Positions 14,310 through 24,959 of a DNA stretch of 64,000 bases are shown here, in pieces. Positions within the stretch are counted from its first letter, which is position 1, and every line of letters starts with the position of its first letter. The translations under genes and the position numbers were made by a program. Source of the stretch: Malacoraja senta (lineage: Eukaryota); contig CM075991.1 in assembly GCA_038087875.1 (NCBI GenBank), positions 1,736,001 through 1,800,000 on the forward strand, given 5' to 3'. The notes beneath the pieces were generated by a model, which saw only the letters and a program-made list of their open reading frames with translations, ran no database searches and had not been told where the DNA came from.

Positions 14310-14342
14310 GCCGCCCCGGGGATTGTCAGGCGGACCCTTCAG
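14310..14342 (+). CDS. Short 33-nt phase-1/1 exon (GRPGDCQADPS), probable end of signal peptide
   Basis: Polypyrimidine tract + tttcag| acceptor and |gtaacc donor; frame-compatible with the following SRCR exon. Confidence 0.55.
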
Positions 14343-15122
14343 GTAACCTCGCTTAACTTTCACTGCGTTAAGAGTGCGGCTACTGAGACTGATTGTTACT
14401 GAAGACCTTTAATGCTACTTGCGATGTGACTGCAGTCTACAGACGGAGTGACGATCAGTAATGTCCCTGAAGCGCGCAGTGTGGGGAATCGACTCTGCTG
14501 ACATGGTTCCCGGTTCCAAGCGGGTTCCCCCTGCTCATCCCACTGTGGAGACCCAGTCCGGATCTTTCACCTTTGGCGTCCAATTCCAGGAATGCCTTCA
14601 CACCTCTAACACGTTTGGGTTCCATTGCCCGTCACATGAGCTTTGAGTACAGTGGGGCACTGACCCGCGCAGCTCATCAGCCGCTCTCCCGAGAATAAAA
14701 ACGAACCCGCAGCTGCACTTGGAGACACAAGGAACTGTAGATGCAGGTTTATAATAAAAATCACAGTGCTGGAGTAACTCGGTTGGACAGGCAGCATCTC
14801 AGGAGAACATGGGTGGGTGTCCGCTGAGTTACTCCAGCACTCTGTGTCCGCAGCTCACCCTGCCTGCTCGGGCGCCGCTTTCATCCCAAGAATGACCGGG
14901 TGATCCCGGTTCTCCGGACGGTTACCAGCTTACTGACTATTGTTGACACTGTTAACAGTTCATTCGGGGTCTGCCGCTCCCGTTGAACATTCCGTGGTAC
15001 ATGTGGACTTTGAATGGTTGGAGCTAGGGGTGGCTGGGAGCGCGGTGTGCGGGGCGCCGACTGACCCGCGGCTCAAACCGGCGGTAACGTTTGTTCTTCT
15101 ATTTTCTGTTCTTTGCTTTCAG

Positions 15123-15437
15123 AAAGCGTGAAGTTGAGGCTGGTGAACGGGGGCAGTCCATGCGCCGGGAGAGTGGAGGTTCACTACATGGGGAAGTGGG
15201 GGACTGTGTATGATCACAGCTGGGACCTGGATGACGCGACGGTGGTGTGTCGGGAGCTGGGCTGCGGCGCCGCGACGGGAGCCCCGGGCGGTTCTCACTT
15301 TGGACCGGGGTCCGGACCCATTGTGACAGGGAATGTTGGGTGCAGCGGGAGCGAGGCCGCTCTGCGGGAGTGTAAATCACCGCCATGGGGGGAATATAGC
15401 GATCCACACTCCCGGGACGCCGGCGTTATCTGCGAAG
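15123..15437 (+). CDS. SRCR domain exon 1 (6 Cys; lacks the C2/C7 pair)
   Basis: 315 nt, ag|...|gt, phase 1/1. LRLVNGGSPCAGRVEV...WGTVYD...VVCRELGC...DAGVICE. Confidence 0.95.
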
Positions 15438-15745
15438 GTAAACATCAGCTTTTTCTCTCTTTGTTCCGCAGTTTGGTGATTTCGGGGATGCCCTCGATGT
15501 AAATTACTCGGACTGACCGCCCGCGGCGAGTGGTGTGAAATTAAATCCAGTGTCTGTCGGTTTTATTCCTTTCCAATTGGAATCAAATTTCGCTTCTGGA
15601 TCTCACATTCTCGTTTTAATTAAACAAACACAACGGGAGCATTAAATACTCTCACCCGGTACCATGACGGGGCCAAGAAACAAGCGGCTGGAGGAACTGA
15701 GTTGGTGAAGCAGCAACTGTCGGGGACTGGTGGCAAGAGAGGAAT

Positions 15746-16974
15746 AGGGCGGTTGCACGTAACGTCATCGGGTCAAAGGGCGTGACACACGGAGCAGCTG
15801 CAACCATGTGGAGGACATGGCAGCCTTGGCACACACTGTTAACACACGAAACGCGTACTTTCTTACCTGTTAAAACCGCCGAAATGGTCAATTTTTGGGA
15901 TGTAAATAATTATGGAAACCGGGGTAACCATGAGAGACATTTATCCTACTTCAGAATTCCATAAGCGAAGAGAAATGATGGTAGAGATAAGCGACAGCTG
16001 AAGGGACAACAACAGCAAAAGTGGTTGGCGAACATTGGCCGTGCAGATATCAAGATTGAAAATATTGGGAATTATCGCGTTTGCTCACTGCATTTCATCA
16101 ACAGTAAGGCATTATTTGCGGTTTTTCTTGATTCCTTTGGTATCTAAACCGTTTCAGAAGTGATAAATCTGGCTGTAAATTTTTTAAATCGCCCATGGTT
16201 CTCAAGTGGGTTTTTACATGCACAAAGAAAATGCTTCTGAAGCTAAATTTATCATTTAAAAAATCGCAAACCATACGTGGGTTTTCAATTACATTTTACT
16301 CAAATGCAAGCCAAGGAATGGCATAATTGTCAGCTGTTAAATGGACATAATCAAATTCAGCAAATTGACAATATATTTGAAAGGGAGTGGGTGTTTCAGC
16401 TGTCAGGACATTTTATTATTTGCCAAAATATACATCTCAATAGCATAATGATAGAAAACATACTTTTTCACACACCACTCATAAGTATGGAGATTATTTT
16501 AGTGTTAAATTTAGCTTCAGAAGCGTTTTCTTTTAAAATGTTACAGTCAGATTTATCACGTTTGAAACTTTTTATATAGCAAAGGAATCAAGAAAAAACA
16601 CAAATAATGCCTTTCTGTTGATGAAATGCAGGGAGCAAACGTGATAATTCCCAATATTTTCAATCTTGATATCTGCACGGCCAATGTTCGCCAACCACTT
16701 TAGCTGTTGTTGTCCCGTCAGCTGTCGCTTCTCCCTACCATCATTTCTCTTCGCTTTTGGAATTCTGAAGTAGGATAAATGTCTCTCACGGTTACCCCGA
16801 ATTCCACAATTATTTCCAGCGCAAACATTGACCATTTTGGCGGTTTTCAACAGGTAAAAAAGTACGCGTTTCGTGTGTTAATTGTGAATGCAGAGGCTGC
16901 CATGTCCTCCAGACGGATTGAGCTGCTCCGTGCGTCACGCCCTTTGACCCGAAGACCTTACGTGTAACCCCCCT
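15746..16974. mobile_element. Non-autonomous fold-back DNA transposon with ~470-500-bp inverted arms, each carrying a THAP-domain exon (ISL2EU/Harbinger-like)
   Basis: Termini AGGGCGGTTGCACG and (reverse complement) AGGGGGGTTACACG, with AT on both flanks (15744-45, 16975-76). Arms ~15746-16251 and ~16506-16974. Confidence 0.8.
16572..16835 (-). CDS. THAP zinc-finger DNA-binding domain ORF (transposase N-terminus)
   Basis: MVNVCAGNNC...FRIP...KWL...VCSLHF matches the C2CH THAP signature with conserved P, W and F. Confidence 0.8.
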   Translation of the reverse strand: MVNVCAGNNCGIRGNRERHLSYFRIPKAKRNDGREKRQLTGQQQLKWLANIGRADIKIENIGNYHVCSLHFINRKALFVFFLDSFAI

Positions 16975-17089
16975 ATTATCAACACTCTCAGTCCCGCTGC
17001 AGGGGCTCGACCCCGAACGTTTATAGTTCTCCCCCTTAGATGCTGCTCGACCCGCTGAGATGCTCCAGCAGTTTGTTTTTATTTGCACC

Positions 17090-17700
17090 AAGTTCAAGGT
17101 CTGTCTCACGAATCTGCGGTCATTGGCGGCGAAACGGGAAGAATCTGCCGCCATAGACCGCGCACTCGTGAGAACGTACAATTCCCGGGCCGTGTTCCCA
17201 ACACCGCGCGGTGCTAAAATAAAACCGACAATGTCGAAAACACTATACTCACCGCACAACCTCCACCAGTGATGCACAAGTGCGGCACGGCCGCTCGCAC
17301 GGGCCGCCGCCAGTGTGGGTCGAGCGCCGTGCGTCAAACCTCCTCTGCCACAGCCGCCGCCAGTGAGGCACGTGCCGCCGCCAGTGAGGCACGTTTGCTG
17401 CGCGGCCGCAGGCACAGCCACCGCTACAGCGCCGCGATCAGGATGGCCGCCGCCACAGCCGCCGCTGGTGAGTCACGTGCGGGGGGCCGACGTCATCGCA
17501 GTCGGCCCGCCCTTTTTTTACTTACCGCAAGCACGTGGGACCCGCCGTGTTTGAATCACTCGGCCCCCGCGCAACATCCGTGCGACGCTCCGGTGGATAG
17601 GCTCGACGCTCTCGCCGTTGCCGCGCGGTCCTCGCTACCGGCGACGTCGCGCTTCACCGCCGATGACCGCAAACAGGTAAGACACGGCTTCCTTTCTTTT
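17090..17700. promoter_or_regulatory. CpG-island-like GC-rich segment inside an intron
   Basis: Dense CpG and GCC triplets, CACGTG E-boxes, short direct repeats gccgccgccagtgaggcacgt. Confidence 0.5.
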
Positions 17701-18206
17701 CCTTCATCTGCCGTCTCTCGTCAATAGTGCTTTTTATTGTCAGATATATTAATTGTTAACACAGTGACATTATTTTCCTTACAAACAGTCCAGTGGAGTA
17801 TTACCATACCTCTGATCCCCAATTAGTAAGTGTACAGGAATCATCTACTGAGCCACATGCAGGAGGAGCCATGTTCTGGCGCCATGTTCAAAATCCATGC
17901 TCTAGTTCTAACGAGCGGTGCCAGTTCCTGGCAAGTCCCAGGCTGTTGCTGGCCTCCAGCCGCCTCCTTCCTTGGATGCCACGTCGCTCTCTTCACCCGT
18001 CCTTTGTTGCCCAGGGTGCCTCCCGCAGCCGATCACGAGGGCGGGGTAAGCCAGACCCTGGTTCCCTCTCCTTTCCTCTCCAACTGGCCTCGCTCCTCGC
18101 CCGGACATCACTGGCTCCATCCTCCCGGTCCCTGCTCTCCTTCAGACGAGCAGAGGGCAGCACAGCAGCTCCCCCCTTCCCGGTCAGCGGTTCCCTGTGT
18201 CCGACA

Positions 18207-18552
18207 AACGAGACTAGATGCACGAAAAATGTTCCCCATGTTGGGGAAGTCCAGAACCAGGGAGTCACAGTTTAAGAAGAAGAGGGAGGCCATTTGGGAC
18301 TGTGATGAGGAATTTTTTTTTCACCCTGAGACTTGTGAATCTGTGGAAATCTCTGCCACAGAGGGCAGTGGAGGCCAATTCATTCGATATTTTCAAGAGA
18401 GATTTACCTCTTCGGGCCAAAGAAATCAAGGGATATGGGTAAAAAGCAGGAACGGGGTATAGATTTTGAATGGTCAACCATGATCATATTGAATGACCAA
18501 ACGACCTACTCCTGCACCTATTTTCTCTGTTTCTATGTCTATGTTTCTATGG
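18207..18552 (+). mobile_element. CR1 3' end fragment
   Basis: RLDARKMFPMLGKSRT; tail tttctatgtctatgtttctatg matches the tail of the long CR1. Confidence 0.88.
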
Positions 18553-20259
18553 AAGGTCTGTACCTTCATTAACCTGGCAGAGAAAGTGCAATGCAATTCG
18601 TTCAGGCTTTGTACCGAAATGAAGTGTCGCAGTCACAGAGGGAATGAACGAATAATGTGCTAGAGGAAATGGTTATGGTGCTGGATATGGAGTCAGTAAG
18701 TGAACAGCTTTCTCCTGATTGTTCTCAAACTTCCTGCGTATTATCAGAGTTGACACATGAAAGCCTCCCTGGACATTCCTGAACGCTGCCTTTTAAATGA
18801 CAGAAAGATGTTGAGGAACCAACAGATGAGCATTTGAAGATAGACACAAAAAGTTGGAATAACGCAGCAGGACAGGCAGCATCTCTGGAGACAAGGAATG
18901 GGTGATGTTTCGGGTCGAGACCCTTCTTCAGACCCGAAATGTCTCCCATTCCATCTCTTCAGAGATGCTTCCTGTCTCGCTGTGTTTCTCCAGCTTTTTG
19001 TGTCTGTCTTCGATTTAAACCATCATTTGCAGTTCTTTATGTAAGAAGGAACTACAGATGCTGGTTTAAACCAAAGATAGTCACAAAAATCGGGGTATAG
19101 TGGGACAGGCAGCATCTCTGGAGAGAAGGATTTGGTGATGTTTCCGGTGGCGACACTTGTCACTCTGCAGTTATGTGCAATGTCTGGTTCAGCTTTGGTC
19201 ACTTTATCTCCCATGTTACAGGTACAGTGATGTAGTGGCTCAGAATGTCAAAGCGACTTGTGTGGCATAAAAGCAATGCGCCAGCATGAGTGCTCGCCTG
19301 ATTACTATCAAGGCTTTGCATCCCTTTTTCGAGAAATTAGAACAGAAATGAGCATTGTGGAAAACATCAGTAATGTCTAGCTACTTATGAAAAGATGGAA
19401 AAATGTCTTTGAAAATGAAACTAAGCAGTGATTGCCTTTATATCCTTCACCGTCTCTCTCGTCTCATTATGGAAAATGTCTTCTGTGAGGTCACATAAGG
19501 CCACTGTGAGGTTTGCACCTCCCTGGTTCTGACAAAATCACATCTTACAGTCTGAAGAATGGTCCTTAACCAATCCGGATTTGATTGGCCTCAGTATTGG
19601 GGAAGGAGGGAAATGTCCCGATGGACGGACCCCACTTGAACCCTGCTGGTACCAGGGTCCTGGGGAAGCGCATAACTGGGACCGTAGGCCGTAAATAGTG
19701 GGAGGAAAGGGAGGGGTTAACAAATTGGAAATGTACGGATGAAGCTAAAGCGAGGGAAATTGCAGGAGGAATTGCTGAAGAGTCTAGAAGTAAGAGGGTA
19801 GAAATTTAAGAAGTGATAAGTGCCTAATGTCAGCCAAAATGTGGACCAATGTGAGAAGAAGGGTAGTGAATACTGAACTAAAGTTGTTACATTCGAATGC
19901 CCACATTAAATGGAACTAAGTGAATGAGCGTATAGCTCAGGTAGAAGTTGGTAGGCATTCGATGGTGGGCATCACAGAGATGTGGATGAAAGAGGATCAG
20001 AGCTGTGAATGGAATATCCAATGTTACACATCCTATCCAAATGACAGACAGGTGGGCAGAGGAGGTGAGGTAGCTATTCTGGTCAGGAATGAAATGTAGT
20101 CCTCAGCAAGGGAGGACAGAGGATGAGAAGATGTAGAATCCTTGTAGGTAGAACTAAGAAACTGCAAGGGTAACATGAGCCTGATGGGAGTTATATCGAC
20201 TCTGGACAGTAGCCAGGATTGAGGGTACAAATGACATCATGTGATACAAGAAAGCCAGT

Positions 20260-20770
20260 GTTACAGTGGTAGACAGGCAACATCTCTGGCGAGAAGGAAT
20301 GGGTGACTTCGGGTTGAGACCCTTGTTCAGATTGATGTCAGGGGAGTAGGCGGTACAAAGATAAAATGTAGTCGGAGACAGTAAGACTGGTCGGAGAACT
20401 GGGAAGGGCGAGAGGATGGAGAGAGAGGGAAAGATAGGGCTACTTGAAGTTGGATAAATCAATGTTCATACCGCTGTGTCACAATAGACAATAGGTGCAG
20501 GAGTAGGCCATTCGGCCCTTCAAGCCAGCACCGTGTTGTAAGCTGCCCAAGCAAAATATCAGGGGCTGTTCCTCCAATTTGGGCTGGGCCTCACTCTGAC
20601 AATGGATGAGGCCCAGAATAGAAAGGTCAGTGTGGGAATGGGAGGGGGAGTTAAAGTGTTGAGCAGCCAGGAGATCAGGTGGGTTTAGGCAGACTATGCG
20701 GAGATATTCAGCAAAACATTTGCCCACCCTGCGCTTGGTCTTGATATGCAGAAGTCCACAACTTGGAACA
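20260..20770 (-). mobile_element. Penelope-like element 3' fragment (GIY-YIG C-terminus + pLTR)
   Basis: KTKRRVGKCFAEYL...AQHFNSPSHSH and a degenerate ribozyme core at ~20305-20332. Confidence 0.8.
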
Positions 20771-21211
20771 GAAAATGTTACAGTGATCATGGGGGATTTC
20801 TATCTATCTATCTATCACCTCTATCTATTCATATATATCTATACTATTACTAAAAGTCTCATCTTGACCACTTCCTGTCTACGTTGTAAATACATTTTAG
20901 AAAAAACTCTACCCTATATTGCTATGATCTTTTCGCCATCTTACTCACCGTCCTTTTCTCCTCCAAGCGCATCAGGCTTTTTCCGATCGGTGAAATAATA
21001 AAAAAGTTATGAATGTTAAAAAATTGTGAGATCAGCTGATTGGTCTTCTCGCCTGTTTGTCACCATGATGAAGGCCACGCCCCTTTTGGGCGCCCAGGAG
21101 CATAAAGCCCCGGAGGCCAGACGTGAGTCAGTCACTCTGGAAGAACGTGAGTGAGCGTTGAGTCCAGAACTGTGAGTCTACACCGTGAGTGAACTGAACT
21201 GTGAGTCTGCG

Positions 21212-21450
21212 CTGTGCTTGAAATGAGTTGTTGGCCTTGCACTGTGCTTGAATTGGAAATGAAATGAGTTGTTGGCCATGGACTGTGCTTGAAATGGAAA
21301 TGAAATGAGTTGTTGGCCTTGCACTGTGCTTGAAATGGAAATGAAATGAGTTGTTGGCCTTGCACTGTGCTTGAAATCAAAATGAAAAGAGTTGTTGGCC
21401 TTGCGCTGTGCTTGATATGGAAATTAAATGAGTTGTTTGGCTTACCTGAA
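21212..21450. repeat. ~41-bp minisatellite, ~6 copies (ctgtgcttgaaatggaaatgaaatgagttgttggccttgca)
   Basis: Read directly from the sequence. Confidence 0.9.
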
Positions 21451-21883
21451 ACCACTCGTTTCGGCTCACAAGGCTCCTATTAGCCCAGAAACCAGTCCCT
21501 TTTGCCCAACATGCCCGTATTACCCCAGGAGGAGCATTTCGGCCCAAAAGGCCTGTGCCAAGCCAGGAAAAGTCCAGAAAAAGTGCCTTTCACTGTGATT
21601 TCACTCTTTTTTTATTTTAAATACCGCTTATGCCCAACAGGCCTGTACTAGCCTAGGAGGAGTCCCTTTGGCCCATCAGTAGGTATTCCCTCTGTAAGTA
21701 TTAAACCTTACCCCAGTATTTTTCTCCCTCCCTTTATTGGCTCCCTGTGAGATCCAGGCCAGGATAGACTTTCCTCCTTCATTGCTGTGATCTGCAGAAA
21801 AAGATGAAAAATGTCTAAAATTGATTCTCCCCTTCTCTCTCACAGTCTCTCACCTGTTTTGGGCAGAATTTCTGGCAGTTTCT

Positions 21884-22488
21884 GAGCTGCCAGCCCACCA
21901 GCCCTGAGTGACTGATCTACCAGCCCACCAGCCCCGAGTGGCGGAGCTGCCAGCCCACCAGCCCTGAGTGACTGATCTGCAGTCCACCAGCCCTGAGTGA
22001 CTGATCTGCCAGCCCACCAGGCCTGAAAGACTGAGCTGCCAGCCCACCATGCCTGAGTGACTGAGCTGCCATTCCACCAGGCCCGAGTGAGTGAGCTGCC
22101 AGCCCACGAGGCCTGAGTGACTGAGCTGCCAGCCCACCAGGCCTGAGTGACTGAGCTGCCAGCCCACCAGGCCTGAGTGACTGAGCTGCCAGCCCACCAG
22201 GCCCGGGTGAGTGAGCTGCCAGCCCACCAGGCTTGAGTAACAGAGCTGCCAGCCCACCAAGCCTGAGTGACTGAGCTGCCAGCCCACCAGGCCTGAATGA
22301 CTGAGCTGCCAGCACATCAGACCTGAGTGACTGAGCTGCCAGCCCACCAGGCCTGAGTGACTGAGCTGCCAGCCCACCAAGCCTGAGTGACTGAGCTGCC
22401 AGCCCACCAGGCCTGAGTGACTGAGCTGCCAGCCTACCAGGCCTGAGTGACTGAGCTGCCAGCCCACCAGGCCTGAGCTGCCAGCCCA
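21884..22488. repeat. 30-bp minisatellite, ~20 copies (GAGCTGCCAGCCCACCAGGCCTGAGTGACT)
   Basis: Read directly; it produces the periodic ORFs (LVGWQLSHSG)n and (PGGLAAQSLR)n on the minus strand. Confidence 0.95.
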
Positions 22489-23496
22489 AGAATCCATTCG
22501 CCCACAATGTTTATACTAGCCCTCTGGAAACCAGTCCCTTCGGCCCACAACACCCATACTAGCGTTCCAGAAAGCCCCGCCCCCCACTGGCCACCTATGA
22601 GGTGGAATATTGCGCTGGGGGACCTGCCCTCTCGTGTGAACATGGGAGCCAACGGGTCCCACTTAGTTAAGTACTTATTAAAACGTTGATCTTGTTTTGT
22701 GTGTACATGTGTGTGTATAGGTGGTTGTCTTTACATCTTCTCAAAAACACTACGAAGTAACGATTGCATTTTTACATATTTTGATTGACATTTCCCCCCT
22801 GAGGCCAAGTGCACCTTACTGAACATTTTGTGCTTTATTTCACGACATTATTGATTAAATGTAAGCAAGAAGTTTAAAAAAACATCAAAAGACTTTGAAT
22901 TGAAAAAAAACAGCTTTCACTGATGACGTCACCATGGTTCGGGTAGCAGCGAACAGCTTCACTGAAGATTTCATCCTACATTTCACATTAATCGCAATTA
23001 AAGCTTACAAATTGCCTACTTTCACAATATTTTTACATATTCTGATTCACATATTTCCCCTCTATGCAGAGACCATCTTCACTGAACATTTATGCTTTAT
23101 TTTTCGACTTATTACTGATTAAAGTTTAAACAAATCAAATTACAGTGAATTAAAAATGACAAGTTTCAACTGATGACGTCACAATGGCTTTGCTAGCAGT
23201 GATCAGCTTCACTTGCGTTCGGGAACGGATTGAGTTGGAGGACCACGCCTCCCGTGGGGGCTACGGGTAGGGAACAGGTGCATTGGGGGTACGGGTTGCG
23301 TTGGGGGAACGGGTGAGTGGTGGAATATTGCATTACCGAACGGGTTGCGTTGGGGGACCAGGCCTCCCGTGTGACAGGGACCCAACGGGGCCCACTTAGT
23401 CTAGTAACATGATAAAATTCAACTTGCAGTTTGGGAAGGGGATGATGAAATCCAATGTGTCGGTATTACTGGCATGTGTCGGTGTACAATCATGTG

Positions 23497-23795
23497 GGCG
23501 GCATAGTGGCACAGTGGTAGAGTTGCTGCCTTACAACGCTTTCACCGCCAGAGACCCAGGTTCGATCCCGACTATGGGTGCTGTCTGTATGGAGTTTGTA
23601 CGTTCTCCCCGTGACCGTGTAGGTTTTCTCCGAGATCTTCGGTTTCCTCACACGCTCCAAAGATGTACAGGTTTGTAGGTTAATTAGCTTGGTATAAATG
23701 TGTATAGGATCGTGTTGATGTGTGGGGATCGTTGGTTGGCGAGGACTCGGTGGGCCGAAGGGCCTGTTTCTGTGCTGTATCTCGAAACTAAACCA
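23497..23795 (+). mobile_element. HE1-type tRNA-derived SINE (V-SINE), near full length
   Basis: A box (tggcacagtgg), B box (ggttcgatccc), V-domain-like body, and CR1-derived tail gggccgaagggcctgtttctgtgctgtatct. Confidence 0.85.
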
Positions 23796-24435
23796 AATTA
23801 CTGTTGAGTAAAAGTAACTTTAGAGGCATGAGGGAAAAGCTGGCTAAAGTTGAAAGGGACCCAAACAAGAAAGGCGGAGGAGCAACAATGACAGCAGTTT
23901 CTGGGAGTAATTTGGAAGATGCAACATCTTTCCATCCCAAACAAAAAGAAAGGGGAGAATGAGGTGACAAGGGAAGTCAGAAGCAGCATAAAACTGAAAG
24001 CGAAGACAAATAATATTGCCAAGATTACGTGGAAGCTACAGAAATGGGTAGCCTTTAAAAACCAACAGAAGGTAACTAAAAAGGCAATACAGTGGGAAAA
24101 GATGAAATATGAAGATATGGTAGCCAATAATATAAAAGAGGATAGCAAAGGTCTCTTCAGATACATGAAGAATAAAAGGGAAGTAAGTGTGAACATTGGA
24201 CCGCTGGAAATGGTGCTGAAGAAGTGTTAATGGGGAATGAAGAAATGGCAGGTGAACTGAATAAGTATTTTGCATCCGCCTTCACAGCCAAAGACACCAG
24301 CAATGTGCCGGAAAGTGAGCAGAAGTTAGTGAAGTTGCTATTGCTAAAGAGAATATGCTTGGGAAGCTGAAAGGTCTGACATAGATAAGTCACCTGTACT
24401 AGTTGGACGATACCGCAGGGTTCTGAATGATTTAT

Positions 24436-24646
24436 TTAAGAAGGAACTGCAGATGCTGGAAAATCGAAGGTAGACAAAAATGCTGGAGAAACTCAGCGGG
24501 TGAGGCAGCATCTATGGAGCGAAGGAAATAGGCGACGTTTCGGGTCGAGACCCTTCTTCAGACTGAAGAAGGGCCTCGGCCCGAAACGTCGCCTATTTCC
24601 TTCGCTCCATAGATGCTGCCTCACCCACTGAGTATCTCCAGCATTT
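24436..24646. mobile_element. Palindromic Penelope-end insertion with two divergent hammerhead cores
   Basis: ~84-bp arms (24478-24561 and 24563-24646) inverted about base 24562. Confidence 0.85.
24563..24590 (+). ncRNA. Minimal type-I hammerhead ribozyme core (PLE-associated)
   Basis: CTGAAGA-A-GGGC-CTCG-GCCC-GAAA-CG-TC. A mirror copy lies on the minus strand at 24534-24561. Confidence 0.65.
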
Positions 24647-24736
24647 CAAGGATATAATGCTTAAGCTTTATAAAGCACCGGTCAGACTGTATTTGGGAAT
24701 GGTGAGCAGTTTTGGGAACCCTGACTGAGGGGGGAT

Positions 24737-24945
24737 TAGTTTAGTTTAGTTTAGTTCCGTTTAGAGATATAGCACGGAAACAGGCCCTTTCGGCTCAGCG
24801 GGTCCGCGCCGACCAGCGACCGCCGCACATTAACACTATCCTATACCCACTAGGGACAATTTTTACATTTATCAAGCCAATTAACCTACAAACCTGTACG
24901 TCTTTGGAGTGTGGGAGGAAACTGAAGATCTCGGAGTAAACCGGT
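24737..24945 (-). mobile_element. HE1-type SINE 3' portion with (CTAAA)n tail
   Basis: Reverse complement matches 23640-23795. Confidence 0.8.
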
Positions 24946-24959
24946 GATCTCGGAGGGGG

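Larger units (their letters stand above)
20838..23404 (+). mobile_element. Non-autonomous Helitron, two units in tandem
   Basis: 5' A|TCTATACTATTACTAAAA after an (ATCT)n run. 3' hairpin GGGACCC-AAC-GGGGCCC (23377-93) then ACTTAGT-CTAG|T (23401-04). A second degenerate 3' end lies internally at 22644-22671. Confidence 0.75.
19750..24420 (+). mobile_element. Old CR1 ORF2 (endonuclease/tether), broken by nested Penelope, Helitron and SINE insertions
   Basis: Collinear remnants: EN start (~19870-20240), NVTVIMGDF (20771-20800), NMIKFNLQF (23406+), ANNIKEDSKGLFRY (~24120). Confidence 0.75.

Noticed and set aside
16810..18462. Several 150-210-aa ORFs in the GC-rich region
   Set aside because: No recognisable domain; overlapping open frames on both strands are expected from high GC content, and parts run into CR1 or THAP-element sequence.
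19200..19380. Cys-containing frame (CSGSECQSDLCG...) as a degraded SRCR exon
   Set aside because: It lacks the SRCR motifs (GRVEV, WGTVC, IWLD) and convincing splice boundaries.
21884..22488. CRISPR-like array of 30-bp repeats
   Set aside because: Units are head-to-tail with no unique spacers, there are no cas genes, and the context is a vertebrate genome; it is a minisatellite.
23497..23575. tRNA gene
   Set aside because: The A and B boxes belong to the tRNA-derived head of an HE1-type SINE, followed by the SINE body and a CR1-like tail; there is no clean cloverleaf.
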